Shown: positions 13,275 to 27,037 of the stretch, in pieces
Layout of the letters: each line of letters starts with the position of its first letter
How positions within the stretch are numbered: position 1 is the stretch's first letter
Source: Sphaeroforma arctica JP610
Lineage: Eukaryota
Direction: 5' to 3'
Length of the DNA: 47,107 nt
Assembly: GCF_001186125.1 (NCBI RefSeq)
Contig: NW_014040041.1
Location: forward strand, 1 to 47,107
Notes under the pieces: model-generated
What the model was told of the DNA's origin: nothing
Database searches by the model: none
The model's input: the letters and a program-made list of their open reading frames with translations, nothing else
Translations under genes and position numbers: made by a program

Positions 13275-16200
13275 ATATATGATTATGTAAATGTATATGC
13301 ATATGTATGTGCATATATATATATATCCACATATTTATCCCACACTTCCAACCAGCCACCTGTTTACTATTCTATTTCTTCACCTAAGCTCGTCTCTCTC
13401 CTATACCTACCGCTCTATGGGCCTTATCCATTCACAGGGAATGTACACTACAGGTTATAACAAACCCATTATGCTTGCGGGTGGAATGGGCAACATCAGA
13501 GCAGAACATGTCACCAAGGGACCAATGTCAGCTGGCGCACACGTGGTTGTGCTGGGAGGCCCTGCGATGCTTATTGGTGAGTGGCTGGTGCGTGTGTATC
13601 AACGGTTGCACTTAAATTACATCTATATATGCATATATATACTATTTTGTATCTATAAAATATATGTATATATGCATGACATTTACACAGGTCTTTATGC
13701 ATACATAAAGCTATACTTCTTCATATTTTTAATTACATATCCATATACGCACGTCATTTACACGGGTCTTAATAGATATATATACATATATATATATATA
13801 TATGTATTCTTTTCGCAGGTCTTGATATATTACAAATACCTATTCATTCACACACACACATGTGTATACCCTTTCCACAGGGCTTGGTGGTGGAGCTGCC
13901 AGTAGTATGGCTTCAGGCGGTAACTCTGTAGCACTTGACTTCGCCTCCGTTCAACGACACAACCCAGAGATGCAGCGCAGATGTCAGGAGGTCATAGACG
14001 CCTGCAACGCTATGGGTGTGTGGTGTGTATATATATTATAGGTATGGTGTATGCGTACTATGGTTGGTGTATATGTGATGTATGTGTACCCTGTGTAGTG
14101 TGTGTGATAAATATGTGTAATATATGTATTATATGATATAAATGTGTGAATCATGTGTACCTGTGTGTATTATATGTTTTATACATGTGAGTATCATATG
14201 CGTTATTCTTGTGACATGTTGTCCATATTCGGGTGTGGTTTGTGTACTTTGTAGCTGCTTATAGGGCGCTATCTGCGTAAACTTTTAGGGTTTTAGGTGG
14301 TAAGTTGGTGTGTGACATTGTATATGTATGTATGTACATAGAGACATACATACACACACACATATATACCTATTTATATATATATACATATACTCATCCC
14401 CGTGCTGTTGCCTGGTTGTTCCTTGCAGGTGATGACACCCCCCTTGAGTTCATCCATGATGTGGGTGCGGGTGGACTGTGTAATGCGTTGCCTGAGTTAG
14501 TGCATGATGGTAACCGCGGAGGTCACTTTGACATCCGAAAGGTACCCAATGCCGATACAGCCATGAGTCCCATGGAGATCTGGTGCAACGAAGCCCAGGA
14601 AAGGTAGGTATGGGGTACTGTGTGTGGCTATTTATAGATCTGGCTATAAAAGGTATATCGTGCCAAATTAGGTATCGTTTAATGGGGTCTGATATTGATC
14701 CTCATGGTTATCTGGCGTATTAAAACCGAGGGAATGTATGACTGTTTCTAGATAGATGATTGTTTGTAGGTATATCTTTTATAACGTGTATGTATACCTA
14801 CTGATATTTATTTTTGTCCTTCAAATAGTATATGATTTCATCTGAGTTATGATTAATCAGCGGTTTGCCAAGTGCCTGTAAATGGACAATTGTGCGAAGG
14901 ATAGCAAGGTTAGCACGTACTTGTGATACTTTCAATGCTGTTTAACATTGTACCTCATTTATGTAGGTACACGAGTACATCTCAATTTACATTTACATAT
15001 ATATATATATATATGATTTCATCCGCACACATACGAGCATATCCCGTGTAATGAGTATTGCATCTAATAGCTCATGTGCACCTTTTACAGATTTGTCCTG
15101 GCAATTAAACCAGAGGCAGGACAGCTGGCGCGGTTCGAGGCCATCTGCGCTCGAGAGAGATGTATTTATGCAGTGGTTGGCATGGCAACGGAGGATCACT
15201 CAGTCACAGTAGAGGATAGCCACAGCACCACCTCAGCCCAGGTCAGTACAAGTGTATGTATATGTCTGCCAAGACATGTATATGCGCATTTGTGAGAGTA
15301 TTGATTTGAATATATATATATCTATACATCTATCTATATATATATTGTATATATGTATATGTATATATATGTGTGTGCGTGTGAATAAAAATGTGTATGC
15401 ATATATATATGTGTGTGTGTGAAAAAAAATGTGTATGCATGGTATTTCAGGTGTTTTTGTTTGATGTTAGGGGTTGTCCTTATTCTGCGTGTAGGTTCAG
15501 TTTGGTATGTAGTAATTGCTGACACCTCAGCCAGAGCTTTTCATTCCGTTCTTTGTGTATGTACATGTTTTCTGTATGTGAATGTGTATATGTATGTGTA
15601 CGTGTATATTTATGTGTATGTGTATGTATGTGTATATTATGTTTATGTGTATGTTTATATTTATGTACGTGTATATGTATGTGTATGCTGATATATTGTA
15701 TGTAATTAGTGTATTTAAATATAGTGATACACTTATGTGAGAGTGCGTGGATGCCACTCAACCGGTAAATCCAACTGTCCGCTCTGATCACTGATTTGGT
15801 CACAAGCTTTTATTGGCTGCTATTAAAAGAATAAAGCTCGAGTACTTACATATACTTTAATATTGTAATTGCCGCAAGCAGACTGAAGACGGAACAGCGA
15901 CCAAAAAAAGGAAAGACGACAGTCGACCTGGTAAATATCAAACTTGACTTCCTAGTATCGGATGAGCAAGGCATAGGGTTAGGTTTACATATGTATATGA
16001 GCATAGCATCGATCAGTGCGTACGTACAGCAAAGGGGTGTGGAGTGGAGTGGATGGTGACCTTATTCGACAATTCGTACATGTCTCTGTATATGTATTTG
16101 TATATAATATATATATATATAGTTAGACGATATATATATATAGTTAGACGATATATATATATCTCCTTCTTATGCTTGTCGAGATCACAATATAGTATGT

Positions 16201-19200
16201 ACTGAAATTTTGCCCAGCGTGAATCAGTACGTCAGTACCTATGCGCATATGTACCCTGTTTAGGGTTCTACTTAGTCCTAAAACGTACTGTTGAGTGCAC
16301 ATGTCTACATAACATAGTCCGTTGTTGGTTAGTGCTTCTGGCTTACTCTCCCATTCGTCGCTGTCTCCACTTTAGTCGATCTGCCTTCCTCCGTTCTGTT
16401 TGGTAAACCGCCCAAGATGGAACGTAATGTGACCACTTGCCCTGTCCCAAGCCTTCCGCTTTTGGACTTGAAGGTACGACGGTTGTCCTGATACCTCTGT
16501 GGCACACCCCCCGCCACTATTTCCTTTTCCGTCTGGATTCAGGATCATGGAGTACATTTGTATTCTACACCGACACACACACTCTCTCGCCCTCAAACAC
16601 ACGCACACAAACTATATATATATATATATATATATATCACAGACACACACACACACACTCTCTCTCTCTCTCTCTCTCTCTTTGTGTGTGTCTCCCTGTC
16701 CCCTGTCTCCGGTGATTATAGCAGTGTTCAATTGCAGTGCAGCCGTTAGCGTTGGCATTGACCGATGACCAGTACTCACTGCCCACGCACACGCTTTGGA
16801 GTCGCATGTTTGCACCACGGACCAATGGAGAATAATTTCATTTAATTGGCCAGTATTAATAGATTGATTTCTATTTATATCCCACACATACACTCTTATT
16901 AACATCATTTCATTGGCCAGTATTAGTAGATTGATTTCTATTTACATCCCACACATACACTCTTAATAACATCATTTCATTGGCCAGTTTCTATTTCTAT
17001 TCCACACATAAACTCTTTATAACATCATTTCATTGGCCAGTAATAATAAATTGATTTCTATTCATATCCCACACAGACTCTCTCCGTAGCCGCATGTCTG
17101 GACCGATCCATTTTCCTTCCGTTTCATTGGCTAATATTAATAGATTGATTTCTATTTATATCCCACACAGACTCTCTCCGTAGCCGCCTGTCTTGACCGG
17201 GTGCTGGAGTTCCCGGCTGTGGCGTCGAAGTCCTTTCTCATTACAATTGGCGATCGCACTGTCACAGGCCTAGTCGCACGCGATCAGTTTGTTGGCCCAT
17301 GGCAGGTGTGTGTCTGTGTGTGTATTTATGTTATTTGTACGTGTATATATGTGTGTATGTATATGTTATGTGTATGTATGTATATGTGTGTATGAGGATG
17401 TATATGTCATTTTGTAAGTGTATGTGTATATGTTATTTGTATATGTATGTGTATGTATATGTCATTTTGTATGTGTATATGTATATGTATGTGTACACAC
17501 TCATATATCCATTTATATATCTAACGAACTTCTTTACAGTCTATTTCCCAGTTCAACATCAATTCGTCACAACTCACCTATCGTATTTGTATGTGTTGTT
17601 TGCACACGTGTGCGTATAGGTCCCTGTTGCAGATGTCGGTGTCACGTGCGCAGGATATGCTCTCAACGACTACGCAGGCGAGGCCATGTGTATGGGAGAG
17701 CGCCCGCCAATTGCCGTTCTATCGGCTGCTGCCAGTGCCAGGTAGGTAGAACACGCACACATATATATATATATAGTTGTATCCTGTTTTATTAAATTGT
17801 ATATAGACATCTTAAAATCAGCAGATGGGGAGTGTGCACCGTGTGGTTAAGTGAATTGTGGTGGTGTGAAGCATCAGTGTTGTCAGAGAGGGATAAGTAT
17901 GCAAGTATTTTAGTTTGTTAGTACGGAAGTATGTTATATGTTAGTATGTATGTATGGTAGTATGTAAATATGCAAGTATTTTAGTATGTTAGTATGTATG
18001 TTATGCTAGTTTGTAAGTATGGTAGTATGTACGTATGCAAGTATTTTATTATGTTAGTTTGTATGTTTGTTTGTTAGTATGACAGTACCTAAGTATGTTA
18101 GTATGTATGTTATGTTCGTTTGTAAGTATTTTTTGTGTTAGTTTGTTAGCATGATTGCACTCTAGGCGAACGTGCTAAGCAAAACCCACCAGTACACTGC
18201 AAACGATCCCCTGAAGTCACATGCGCATTCCGTTCTATAAATATCATCCAACCAGAATGGCCGTGGGCGAGGCGATCACCAATATCATCGCATCAGACGT
18301 ATCAGATCTCAAGAAAGTCCGTCTCTCAGCCAATTGGATGGCAGCGTGCACCGCTCCCGGACAGGTACGGACCACACCGATGTAACATTTGGCTCAATTA
18401 CACCTGAGCAGTTGAACACGTGCGAGCGCTACACCTTGTGGCGAATCAAACGTTTACGTTTACTCAGGTGCACAATGCACCCAGATTTAAAAACAGGACT
18501 GTGTGAGCAGGTTTTAGGACTGTTTGTTTTGAGTAGATGTGACCCTATAGAACATACGGGATACAGTCACACCACCCACTGAGAAAAATTGGATGAGTGC
18601 CATGCTAGTTTGTTCTATAAATAGATTTTAACCTTACACCAATCAATTCGCAGGACGCGGCGCTCTACGAGGCCGTGGCGGCTGTGGGTATGGGTCTGTG
18701 CCCTGCCCTGGGCTTGGCTATTCCTGTGGGCAAAGACTCACTCTCCATGCGAACCAAATGGACCGAGCCACAGACAGGCGGTGTGTGTGTGTGCTACGTT
18801 TCTATACTTATTGTTCAGTTTATGTGATGAATAGATGGCTTTTACGTATCACATAGAACTATATTACGAATACATGATGGTGTATTTTAAATACGTACTA
18901 TATAGAACTATGTTGCATATACATGAAGGTGTATTTTGAATACGTATTATGTAGAACTGTAACATATACATTACGGTGTATCTTAAACACGTATTATATA
19001 GAACTATCCTACATATACATGTCTGTTACGAATTATCACGTATCATATAGAACTATGTTACATAAAATTGGCTGTTACGTTTTCTTGTTTGTATTACATA
19101 GAACTATGTTACTACATGGCTGTTATCTATTCCAATTGCATAGACCTATAATACACCTTTATGTCTGTACGCATTCCTACACATATCACATAAAACCATG

Positions 19201-22200
19201 TGACACACACATGCCTGTTACGTACCCAATAGCTGACCCAGAGGCCATCCACACACCACTGCACACCACAATTGACGTTAACGGACTGACTTCCACCTGT
19301 ACAAATGTCCGTATCTCATCCGCATACGCGTTCACATGCAGATGCCAAGGAAGTCGTGTCGCCGGTCACTCTAGTCGTGACGGCGTTTGCCCCCGTTTCG
19401 GATGTGCGTAAGACCTTGACTCCTGAATTGTCCTTTGAGGACGGCCCTACGCACCTCGTTGTGGTGGATTTAGGCTCAGGACAGAATCGAATGGGCGCCA
19501 GTGCCCTGTCGCAGGTGTACAACTGCTTGGGAGGTGTCGATGGGAAGGTATGCATGTGCTTGTGAGAGATAGAGAGAGTGGGTGTGTGTGTGTGTATGCA
19601 TGTGCTTGTGTGTGTGTATGAGAGATAGAGAGTGGGTGTGTGCGTGTATGTACGTATGCATGTGCTTGTGTGTGTGTGTGTATGAGAGAGAGAGAGTGTG
19701 TGTGTGCGTGTATGTACGTATGCATGTGCTTGTGTGTGTGTATGAGAGTGAGAGAGAGAGTGGGTGTGTGTGTGCGTGTGTATATGCATGTGCTTGTGAG
19801 AGAGAGTGGGTGGTGGTGGGTGTATGTGTGTGTGAGTGCGAGAGAGAGAGAGTGTGTGTGTATGTGTGTGTGTGACAGAGAGTGTGTGTGTATGTGTGTG
19901 TGTGACAGAGAGTGTGTGTGTGCGTGTGTATATATATGTGTGAGTGTGTGTACCTGCAGTCTCTCTCGGATATACCTGCTGGTAGTTGCATGTATTCTAC
20001 CTCGGACATGTATGCATGTGTTTGTGTATGTGTGTATGCTTGTGTGTGTGTATATGTATGTATGCGCTTGTTTGTGCTCATTCTGTTTCGCATATTTATG
20101 TGATCTGGTGAGTCTGTTCTGAATTGAACGGTATAAAGCTACGGATAGTGTGGACTGTCAAGATTCGGAAAAGCGCATAAACGGTATTGGGGCCAAGTGT
20201 ATAGCGTCTTGTGCGAATATGTATACATATATACATATATATATATGTGTGTGTGTGTATATTATAGCTTTCATGTATGTTATTAGATACAAGCTATCTC
20301 TCCACACATATATATTTGTGTATATTGGTTAATATATATATATGTGTGTGTATTTGTATTAGAGCTTTTATGTATGTTGATTGGATACAAGCTATCTCCA
20401 CATATATGTCTGATTCTGATTAACGTCCACTTCATCTGTCTCGCCTAAGCCTTCCCGACTGCAGTCCAATCCTTCGTTCCCATCACTCCCTCTGTTGCAT
20501 CTCCTCTACGTATACCTCATCATAGGCACCCTCATTAATAGTACCCTACCTACCACTCACCCCCGTGCTCCTGTTTATTTGTCCAATACCAGGTTCCAGA
20601 TGTCGACTCGGCCGATGTGCTGTTGAACTTCTTCAACACCATGACCGAACTAAAGCGCACAGACAAAGTGTTGGCCTACCACGACCGATCAGACGGAGGA
20701 CTCATCACCACAGTCACTGAAATGTGCTTTGCATCACGCTGTGGGGCTGACCTGACTATTGACGCAGGTGTGCACTATATATATATATATATATATATAT
20801 ACCAGTGATTGTGTATGTGTTTGTGGTTAATAGATAGATTGTATACCCCATGGTAGGTATTCTCTTCGTTGGTGCATTGCATTGTGTCGCTAGTTGAGTC
20901 ACTCTCTTGACAGGGACTATGGCATTCGTAGGGCTTGAGCATGTATATGGTTTTAGGGCTTTGTTTTATTCTAAAACCCAATCGACATGTATAGATTTGT
21001 TAGCTTAGCTAAGCCAATAATACTGTTAGTACCATGAGCCTGTCTATTGGCGTATTAGTGCTGGTTTCATGCATGGGTGTATATGTGCCTTGCCATTCGG
21101 CTTGCAGTTGAGTATACTAAATAAGACGTAAACGTTTTCCGTGCTCGGATATACTTGCCCGGTAGACTTCGTTATGGAAGCACCTTGTATGTATCTTACC
21201 TTCCGACCTTTGTCAAAAGCGTCAAGTACCGCACTTCATGTCTGTTCTCTATCATATACTGCATACAGATATATATATATGTGTGTATACGTATGCATGT
21301 ATTGTATGTATGTATATATACATATATATATATATAACTCACCACATTGTGACGCATATGGTCATACTGGGCACATAGTATCTACCTCTCACTTCGCATT
21401 CTGCCTTTTAATTGGTGCAGAGGGAGATGGCGTCATCCCTGCGCTGTTCAACGAAGAGCTAGGCGGTGTATTACAGGTGCGTCATCGGCTGAAGTTTCTT
21501 TGTCTGACATACCTTTATAGAACTATGTACAACTATACAGTATTCATTTGCGTATACATATATATATGCGCAGACGTGGACATATGCATATACACAGACA
21601 TATACATATAGACCATCTGCATCGTACGGGTGGGTGCCTATGTGTCCTAGAAGCATGCTAGTGCTGGCCTATTGACAAGGGGCTGTTGTGATACGTACTA
21701 TATACCGGTGTTAATTATAAAACTGTATCTAACGACTACTGATACCCTTCCATCCGCCAATAGTCCACTTGCCATTTGAATTCTCGAGCCGATGTCTTCA
21801 TTTCGTCTTCCGTCTTACTGGTTAATTGTCCACTAATCTAAACCCCTATAACCACTGATCTGGTCCCACGTTCTTGATTGTCTATACGTAAACGTCTATT
21901 CACACTATTTATTCATATACTAGGTGCGGTCGTCTGATGTGGAGGCTGTGGTCAACGCCTTCACTGCCGCGGGTGTGCCAGCCGCTGCCATGGGAACGCC
22001 CGTTGCCAAGAGCAAGGACATCACGTTCAAAAGCAAGGTAGCCTTTACATGCAAAGTCGCGTGTACTCTGTATATATATATATATATAGTGACGAGGGTT
22101 TCTCCAACATGTGTTGGTGTGGCCATGTCGCAAGCAGTTGGTTGTAGCACAGGGGAAGCCACCTACAGCAGTTGTTATCGGTTCAGTACATTGGATGATA

Positions 22201-25200
22201 TATTAGCAGTGCGGAGCAATTAATATATATATATATATGTTTATTATATCTATTATATTCATGTGTATGTATATATGTATTCTTATGCCATTATGTCCAT
22301 ACCGTAGGAACTATATTGAACGCATACCAGACACTGTAACATTCACTTCTGCCGCTAAATTAACGACGTCGTTGAGCCGTAGTCTGAGCATCAAGATGAA
22401 CCTAATCACTCAATATATATATATATACCCTTTCACCATCTTCGTTCTCCATGACTTATCTTGCTGCAGGCGACTGGAGGAGTGGTGTACTCGGGTGATC
22501 GCGTACAGTTGTATCGCAAGTGGTCTGAGGTTTCTTACAACATGCAGAAGCGCCGAGACAACGCCCAATGCGCTGAGCAAGAGTGGGAGGCTCTGCTGGA
22601 TGTATGTACTATTTCTTGTATATGTGTGTCATGTGTACGTATACTTACACATATGCATATACAAATACATATTCTATCCCCATATCATGCAACTAAAAGT
22701 GTTCATGTAGTATATAATCATATATATACCCCAATAGCATGTAACTAAAAGTAATCATGTAGTAAATATTCATATACGTATCCCCATCTCCTTTTGGAAC
22801 AATACTCATATACATGGAAGACTTTACATACCTACACCACCTACCAACGTCACCCTCATACACCTGTCTATACACCTACTCAAACTCACTACTGTGCATA
22901 ACCAAGACGCTATATTCAACTCCTTATCTTCTTTCAGGACTCAAATCCAATTTAAATGCCAATCTCTTTTCAGGACTAAACTCCATTTCAAATCCCAATC
23001 TCCTTCCAAGAGAATATGTTATTATATAGTGGACGGCAATTCCTATTCTTTCGAAAATAAATGTACTCAAAGTGAACTAAACTCCAATTCAAATCCCAAT
23101 CTCCTTCCAACACTAAACTCTAATTCAAATCCCAATCTCCGTCCAGAACTAAACTCCAATTCAAATCCCAATTCTCCTTCCAGAACTAAAATCCAATTCA
23201 AATCCCAATTCTCCTTCCAGGACGAAAACCCAGGTTTGCACCTATCCCTCACCTACGAGCAACAACCCACCCAAACCCAAACCCAAACCCAAGGCAAGCC
23301 ACAGGTGTGTGTGCTGCGTGAACAGGGTGTCAATGGCCAAGTGGAGATGGCTCAGACTTTCATGCTCGCAGGCTTCAAATGCGTCGATGTGCACATGACA
23401 GACATTCTCAGCGGAAAGGTGACGCTGGACGCCTTCTCCGGGCTTGTGGCGTGTGGTATGTGCGTGTATGTGTCTGTGTGTATGTGTGTGTGTGTGGTAG
23501 TATGTGTATGGTTAATTGTATACGCGTGCCTTCGACTTGGCTGCTTCTATGTGTATTATAGTTTCTCTGAGTGGGCGCTGATAAGGTGTGCGTGGCATAG
23601 CTACCAGCTATGTATAGTATACCTCTGTTGCATGGATACCTATGTACGTCTATTGTTACACGTAGTTTCGCGTATATGTATATATGTATGTGTATATATG
23701 CATGTATGTATGTGCATGTTTATGTATTTGTATTTATATATGACCAGGTATTAAGTGACTTCAGTTGATTCTTCCCATAAACGCAGCGGTGAACTCGTGT
23801 GTATTTACTCAAAAATATAGACATGCATTAAACATATACATAATGTTCGCGCGCTCTACACCACAGGACAATTCCTACATACAGATGTACCTATCTACAT
23901 ACAGTTGTACCTACCTACATACAGATGTATCTACCTACATACAGATGTACCTATCTACATACAGATGTACCTACTCTCACAGATAGAACTTATAAACTTA
24001 CCTACAAGAACTCACATGTCTCGTCACAAGCAAGTGCCTTGAACGTACACTTCACGCATATAGACATACTATACTCACTGTACATATACACATTCACATC
24101 CACATACATACGCATATACGTCTTTCTCACACATACACACAGGTATCTAAACTCGCATGCACATATACACATATATTTATTCACTCACATACACACACAT
24201 ATACATCACCTCGCAGGCGGCTTCAGTTACGGAGATGTCTTGGGTGCAGGGGCTGGTTGGGCCAAGTCCATTCTCTACAACAGCGGTGCACGCAAGACCT
24301 TCGCCGAATTTTTTGGCCGAAAGGATACCTTTGCACTGGGCGTGTGCAACGGATGCCAAATGATGAGCGGCCTCAAGGTATGTATATATATATATATATA
24401 TATATACTTAGCTTCTTTTATACTTGCCGACTTACCTATGCTTGCCTTCTTACCTTCTTACCCATTTACCTTCTTTCATACTTACCTACTTTCCTTCTTT
24501 TATACTTTCCTACCTACCTATGCTTACCTTCTTTGATACTTACCTACTTACCTTCTTTCATACTTCCCTACTCACCTTCTTGCCTACTTACCAAAACCTT
24601 CCCACTAACCTACCATTCGTGTCTCGATTCACAGGAACTCATCCCCGGTACGGAGCATTGGCCGCAGTTTGTGAAGAACACCAGTGACCAGTTCGAGGCA
24701 CGCGTGAGTATGGTTGAGGTTATGCCCAGCAACAGTGTCTTCTTCAAAGGTGTGCTATCTCTAGCATGCGATGGGTTGATGGGTGTTTAAGGGTGTTTGT
24801 ACGAATGTTAGTATATAGTGTATGTTTGTGTTTAAGAGTATAGTGTATGTTTGTTTCTACTGATATTCCCTCAGCTGTTGGTGATGTTTTATGTCCATTG
24901 CTCTGTACTAGCGTGCCACCCGAAGGGTTTAGCAACATACAATACAGTCTGAACAGGGTTTAGAACCCTAGTCTTAAACCCCCTATGCAGTTAAGGATTG
25001 TTGAGGGTATCACTTACAAATACATACAGTATATTAATATCTATGAACAGCACAAATTTTGCGAATATCTCCCTTCTATGCGGCACGACACAGTATAAGT
25101 ACTAAATAAAACCCAACTCCGATTCTTTGTTCTATTTATAGATATGGTAGGTAGCCGGATTCCAATTGCCGTGGCCCACGGAGAAGGCCATGCACTCTTT

Positions 25201-25711
25201 AGCTCACCCGCCGATCGCGCAAGCGTCACCACTGAAGGTATGTTGTACCAATGCATAGCTATCACTATGCAAGTGTACATATGTGTGTGTAAGTGTACAC
25301 ATGTGCGTGAAAGTGTATACAGGCGCGTGTGTCTGTATGTATATATATATATATATATGGTTGTGCGTTTGTTCTCATCTAATCATGTACTGTGAAGTGG
25401 TTGTGTTTTTTATTGGGGGGTTTTTTTTCGTGTTTTTTAAATCATTGCTTTATACTTCAAGTGAATAGGATCACACAATTGATTGTGTCCATTCGAGAAT
25501 TATATCAATCCACGCTCACTGACATAGAACAGCAAACATGTCTATATTTAAGCTGGAATGCGTCATATGCGTGCATGCATGCATATTAAATAGAATGCTG
25601 GTGTGTGTATTACGGCTGACATTGTACATCCCTACCGGTGTTGTGAACCAACTCCAAAGAAGTAATGGCTGCCGCGATTCCTCTGCACATGCCTTTCCCT
25701 TTCTCCAACCA

Positions 25712-25749
<38 letters not shown>

Positions 25750-26381
25750 GCATTGAGAGCACAACTCTCACTCCCAATTACTTCGTGTACCTATATAGGT
25801 ATGGTTGCTCTGCGGTATGTGGACAACTACGGTCAGCCTACTGAGGCGTACCCCGCCAATCCCAACGGCTCGCCCGACGGTATCACTGGGTTAACCTCCA
25901 AAGATGGGCGTTTCACCATTATGATGCCCCATCCCGAAAGAGTGACAAGGTATGTTATTCTCTTGTTTTGTGTGTGCGTGTAGGACTGAGGCCACTCCAA
26001 AGCTATTTGTAAACTATATAATGTATTCTGAGCTCGTGCATAAATTTTGCTATAAGGCGAGGTTGTGTGTATGGTACGACTACTCGAGGATACATGCAAA
26101 CTAGCTTGTTTTCTATGTGTTTGAAATTCCTAGAGACAAGGTTTTATATACTTACAATACAATGGCTATGGCATTATCACCCATCTTTCAGATCCTATAG
26201 ACGAGGTTTTATATATACTTACTATACAATGACTATGGCACTATATCACCTGTCTCTCAGATCATTCACCAACTCTTGGTATCCTGGAAAGCGTGCCGGA
26301 GTATCTACAAATGCCGCGGACGAGGGTGCCTGGTTGCAGATGTTTAAGAATGTGCGAAAATGGGTAGCCGAGCAACAGTAG
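5631..26381 (+). CDS. PFAS: Phosphoribosylformylglycinamidine (FGAM) synthase, large single-chain type, multi-exon (~1,320 aa expected)
   Basis: Exons traced with GT-AG ends: 5631-5714, 7011-7139, 7975-8097, 8733-8828, 9228-9293, 9801-9856, [exon(s) missing in gap], 10348-10434, 11041-11166, 11894-12085, 12919-13080, 13438-13576, 13881-14015, 14429-14603, 15091-15241, [probable micro-exon 15495-15504], 16376-16473, 17171-17305, 17620-17741, 18256-18364, 18654-18780, 19342-19547, 20593-20767, 21421-21476, 21924-22037, 22470-22601, 23221-23455, 24217-24377, 24635-24749, 25142-25237, 25799-25949, 26261-26381. Phases match at all junctions except the two bracketed ones. Motifs: [119 protein letters not shown] (glutaminase Cys), AHGEG, NPNGS, MPHPER (His-Glu of the triad). 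Confidence 0.97.
9983..10012. other. Assembly gap (30 N) inside a (TA)n tract in PFAS
   Basis: Run of N. Confidence 0.99.
12460..12900. repeat. Intronic (CA)-rich compound micro/minisatellite
   Basis: Repeated ATACACACGCACACGCACACACACGTACTT-type units ending just before the acceptor at 12918. Confidence 0.85.
16838..17200. repeat. Intronic minisatellite, ~5 units, built from the 3' splice-site region of PFAS exon 17171-17305
   Basis: The unit is TTTCATTGGCCAGTATTAATAGATTGATTTCTATTTATATCCCACACA(T/G)AC..., and the last unit supplies the real acceptor. Confidence 0.85.
19548..20100. repeat. Intronic (GT)n/(GA)n compound satellite
   Basis: Repeated GTATGCATGTGCTTGTGTGTG...GAGAGATAGAGAGTGGGTGTG units directly after the donor at 19548. 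Confidence 0.85.
22925..23220. repeat. Intronic 36-37-bp minisatellite ending in the PFAS acceptor
   Basis: About 6 copies of AACTAAACTCCAATTCAAATCCCAAT(T)CTCCTTCCAG. The last copy ends at the true acceptor AG, 23219-23220. Confidence 0.85.
23874..23985. repeat. Intronic 21-bp minisatellite
   Basis: About 5 copies of CTACATACAGATGTACCTA(T/C)C-like units. Confidence 0.8.
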
Positions 26382-27037
26382 AGTAATCTAATTATATCAT
26401 CCAATGGATGCCCACTTTTCGACTTCGACAGTCCGTACCTAAATTGTAACCCTAAAATCAGAGAACCAAGGGACTATCTGATACTTCACTAATTTTGTCG
26501 CGTCAAAAAAAAGGTCCGATATTTAGTAAACATATGAAAACATGTCTCATGCTATTCCCTTGATTGTACAAATCTTCTTTTGCCTTAAAACAAAGTGATC
26601 CTCCTTTGTTAAAACTGTTCATGGAGTGACCGGGAAACGGGAAAACGGTGCACCTCTTTGGCAACTCGCTCATAAGGGTGGATCTCAAAGTTGAAGAAAA
26701 AAAATCATGTCAGGTATGGCGTGAAAATGGGGGGCGGAACTATGGAATGAGAAATTGGACTATGAGGCTCTCGATTATATATCTTCTAAGAAGAACAGCG
26801 CATACGGAGACTTCTATGGTATTTTATCTTCTGAATCTGTAGGTGAAATGAGCTAGTCAGAGGTATGCTGGGGTGGGTGGGCGGATGCCCAGACAAAACG
26901 TAGGGTATGCTAAATACATTCCATCCAAGGTATGCTGAACAGAACAGTTGACAAATAGATACGGAAGATAAATATCGATTTGTAATGATTTTAATACAGA
27001 AAGGTGTATTTCAAATTCGAACATGAATGTAAAAATA

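Noticed and set aside
22894..23220. [16 protein letters not shown] protein segment in ORF 22894-23754
   Set aside because: It is an intronic minisatellite read through by chance. PFAS homology resumes at the acceptor 23220/23221.
3192..26100. Many short ORFs rich in YI/CV/HT dipeptides
   Set aside because: They are translations of (TA)n, (GT)n and (CA)n satellites. Only the parts overlapping PFAS exons are coding.
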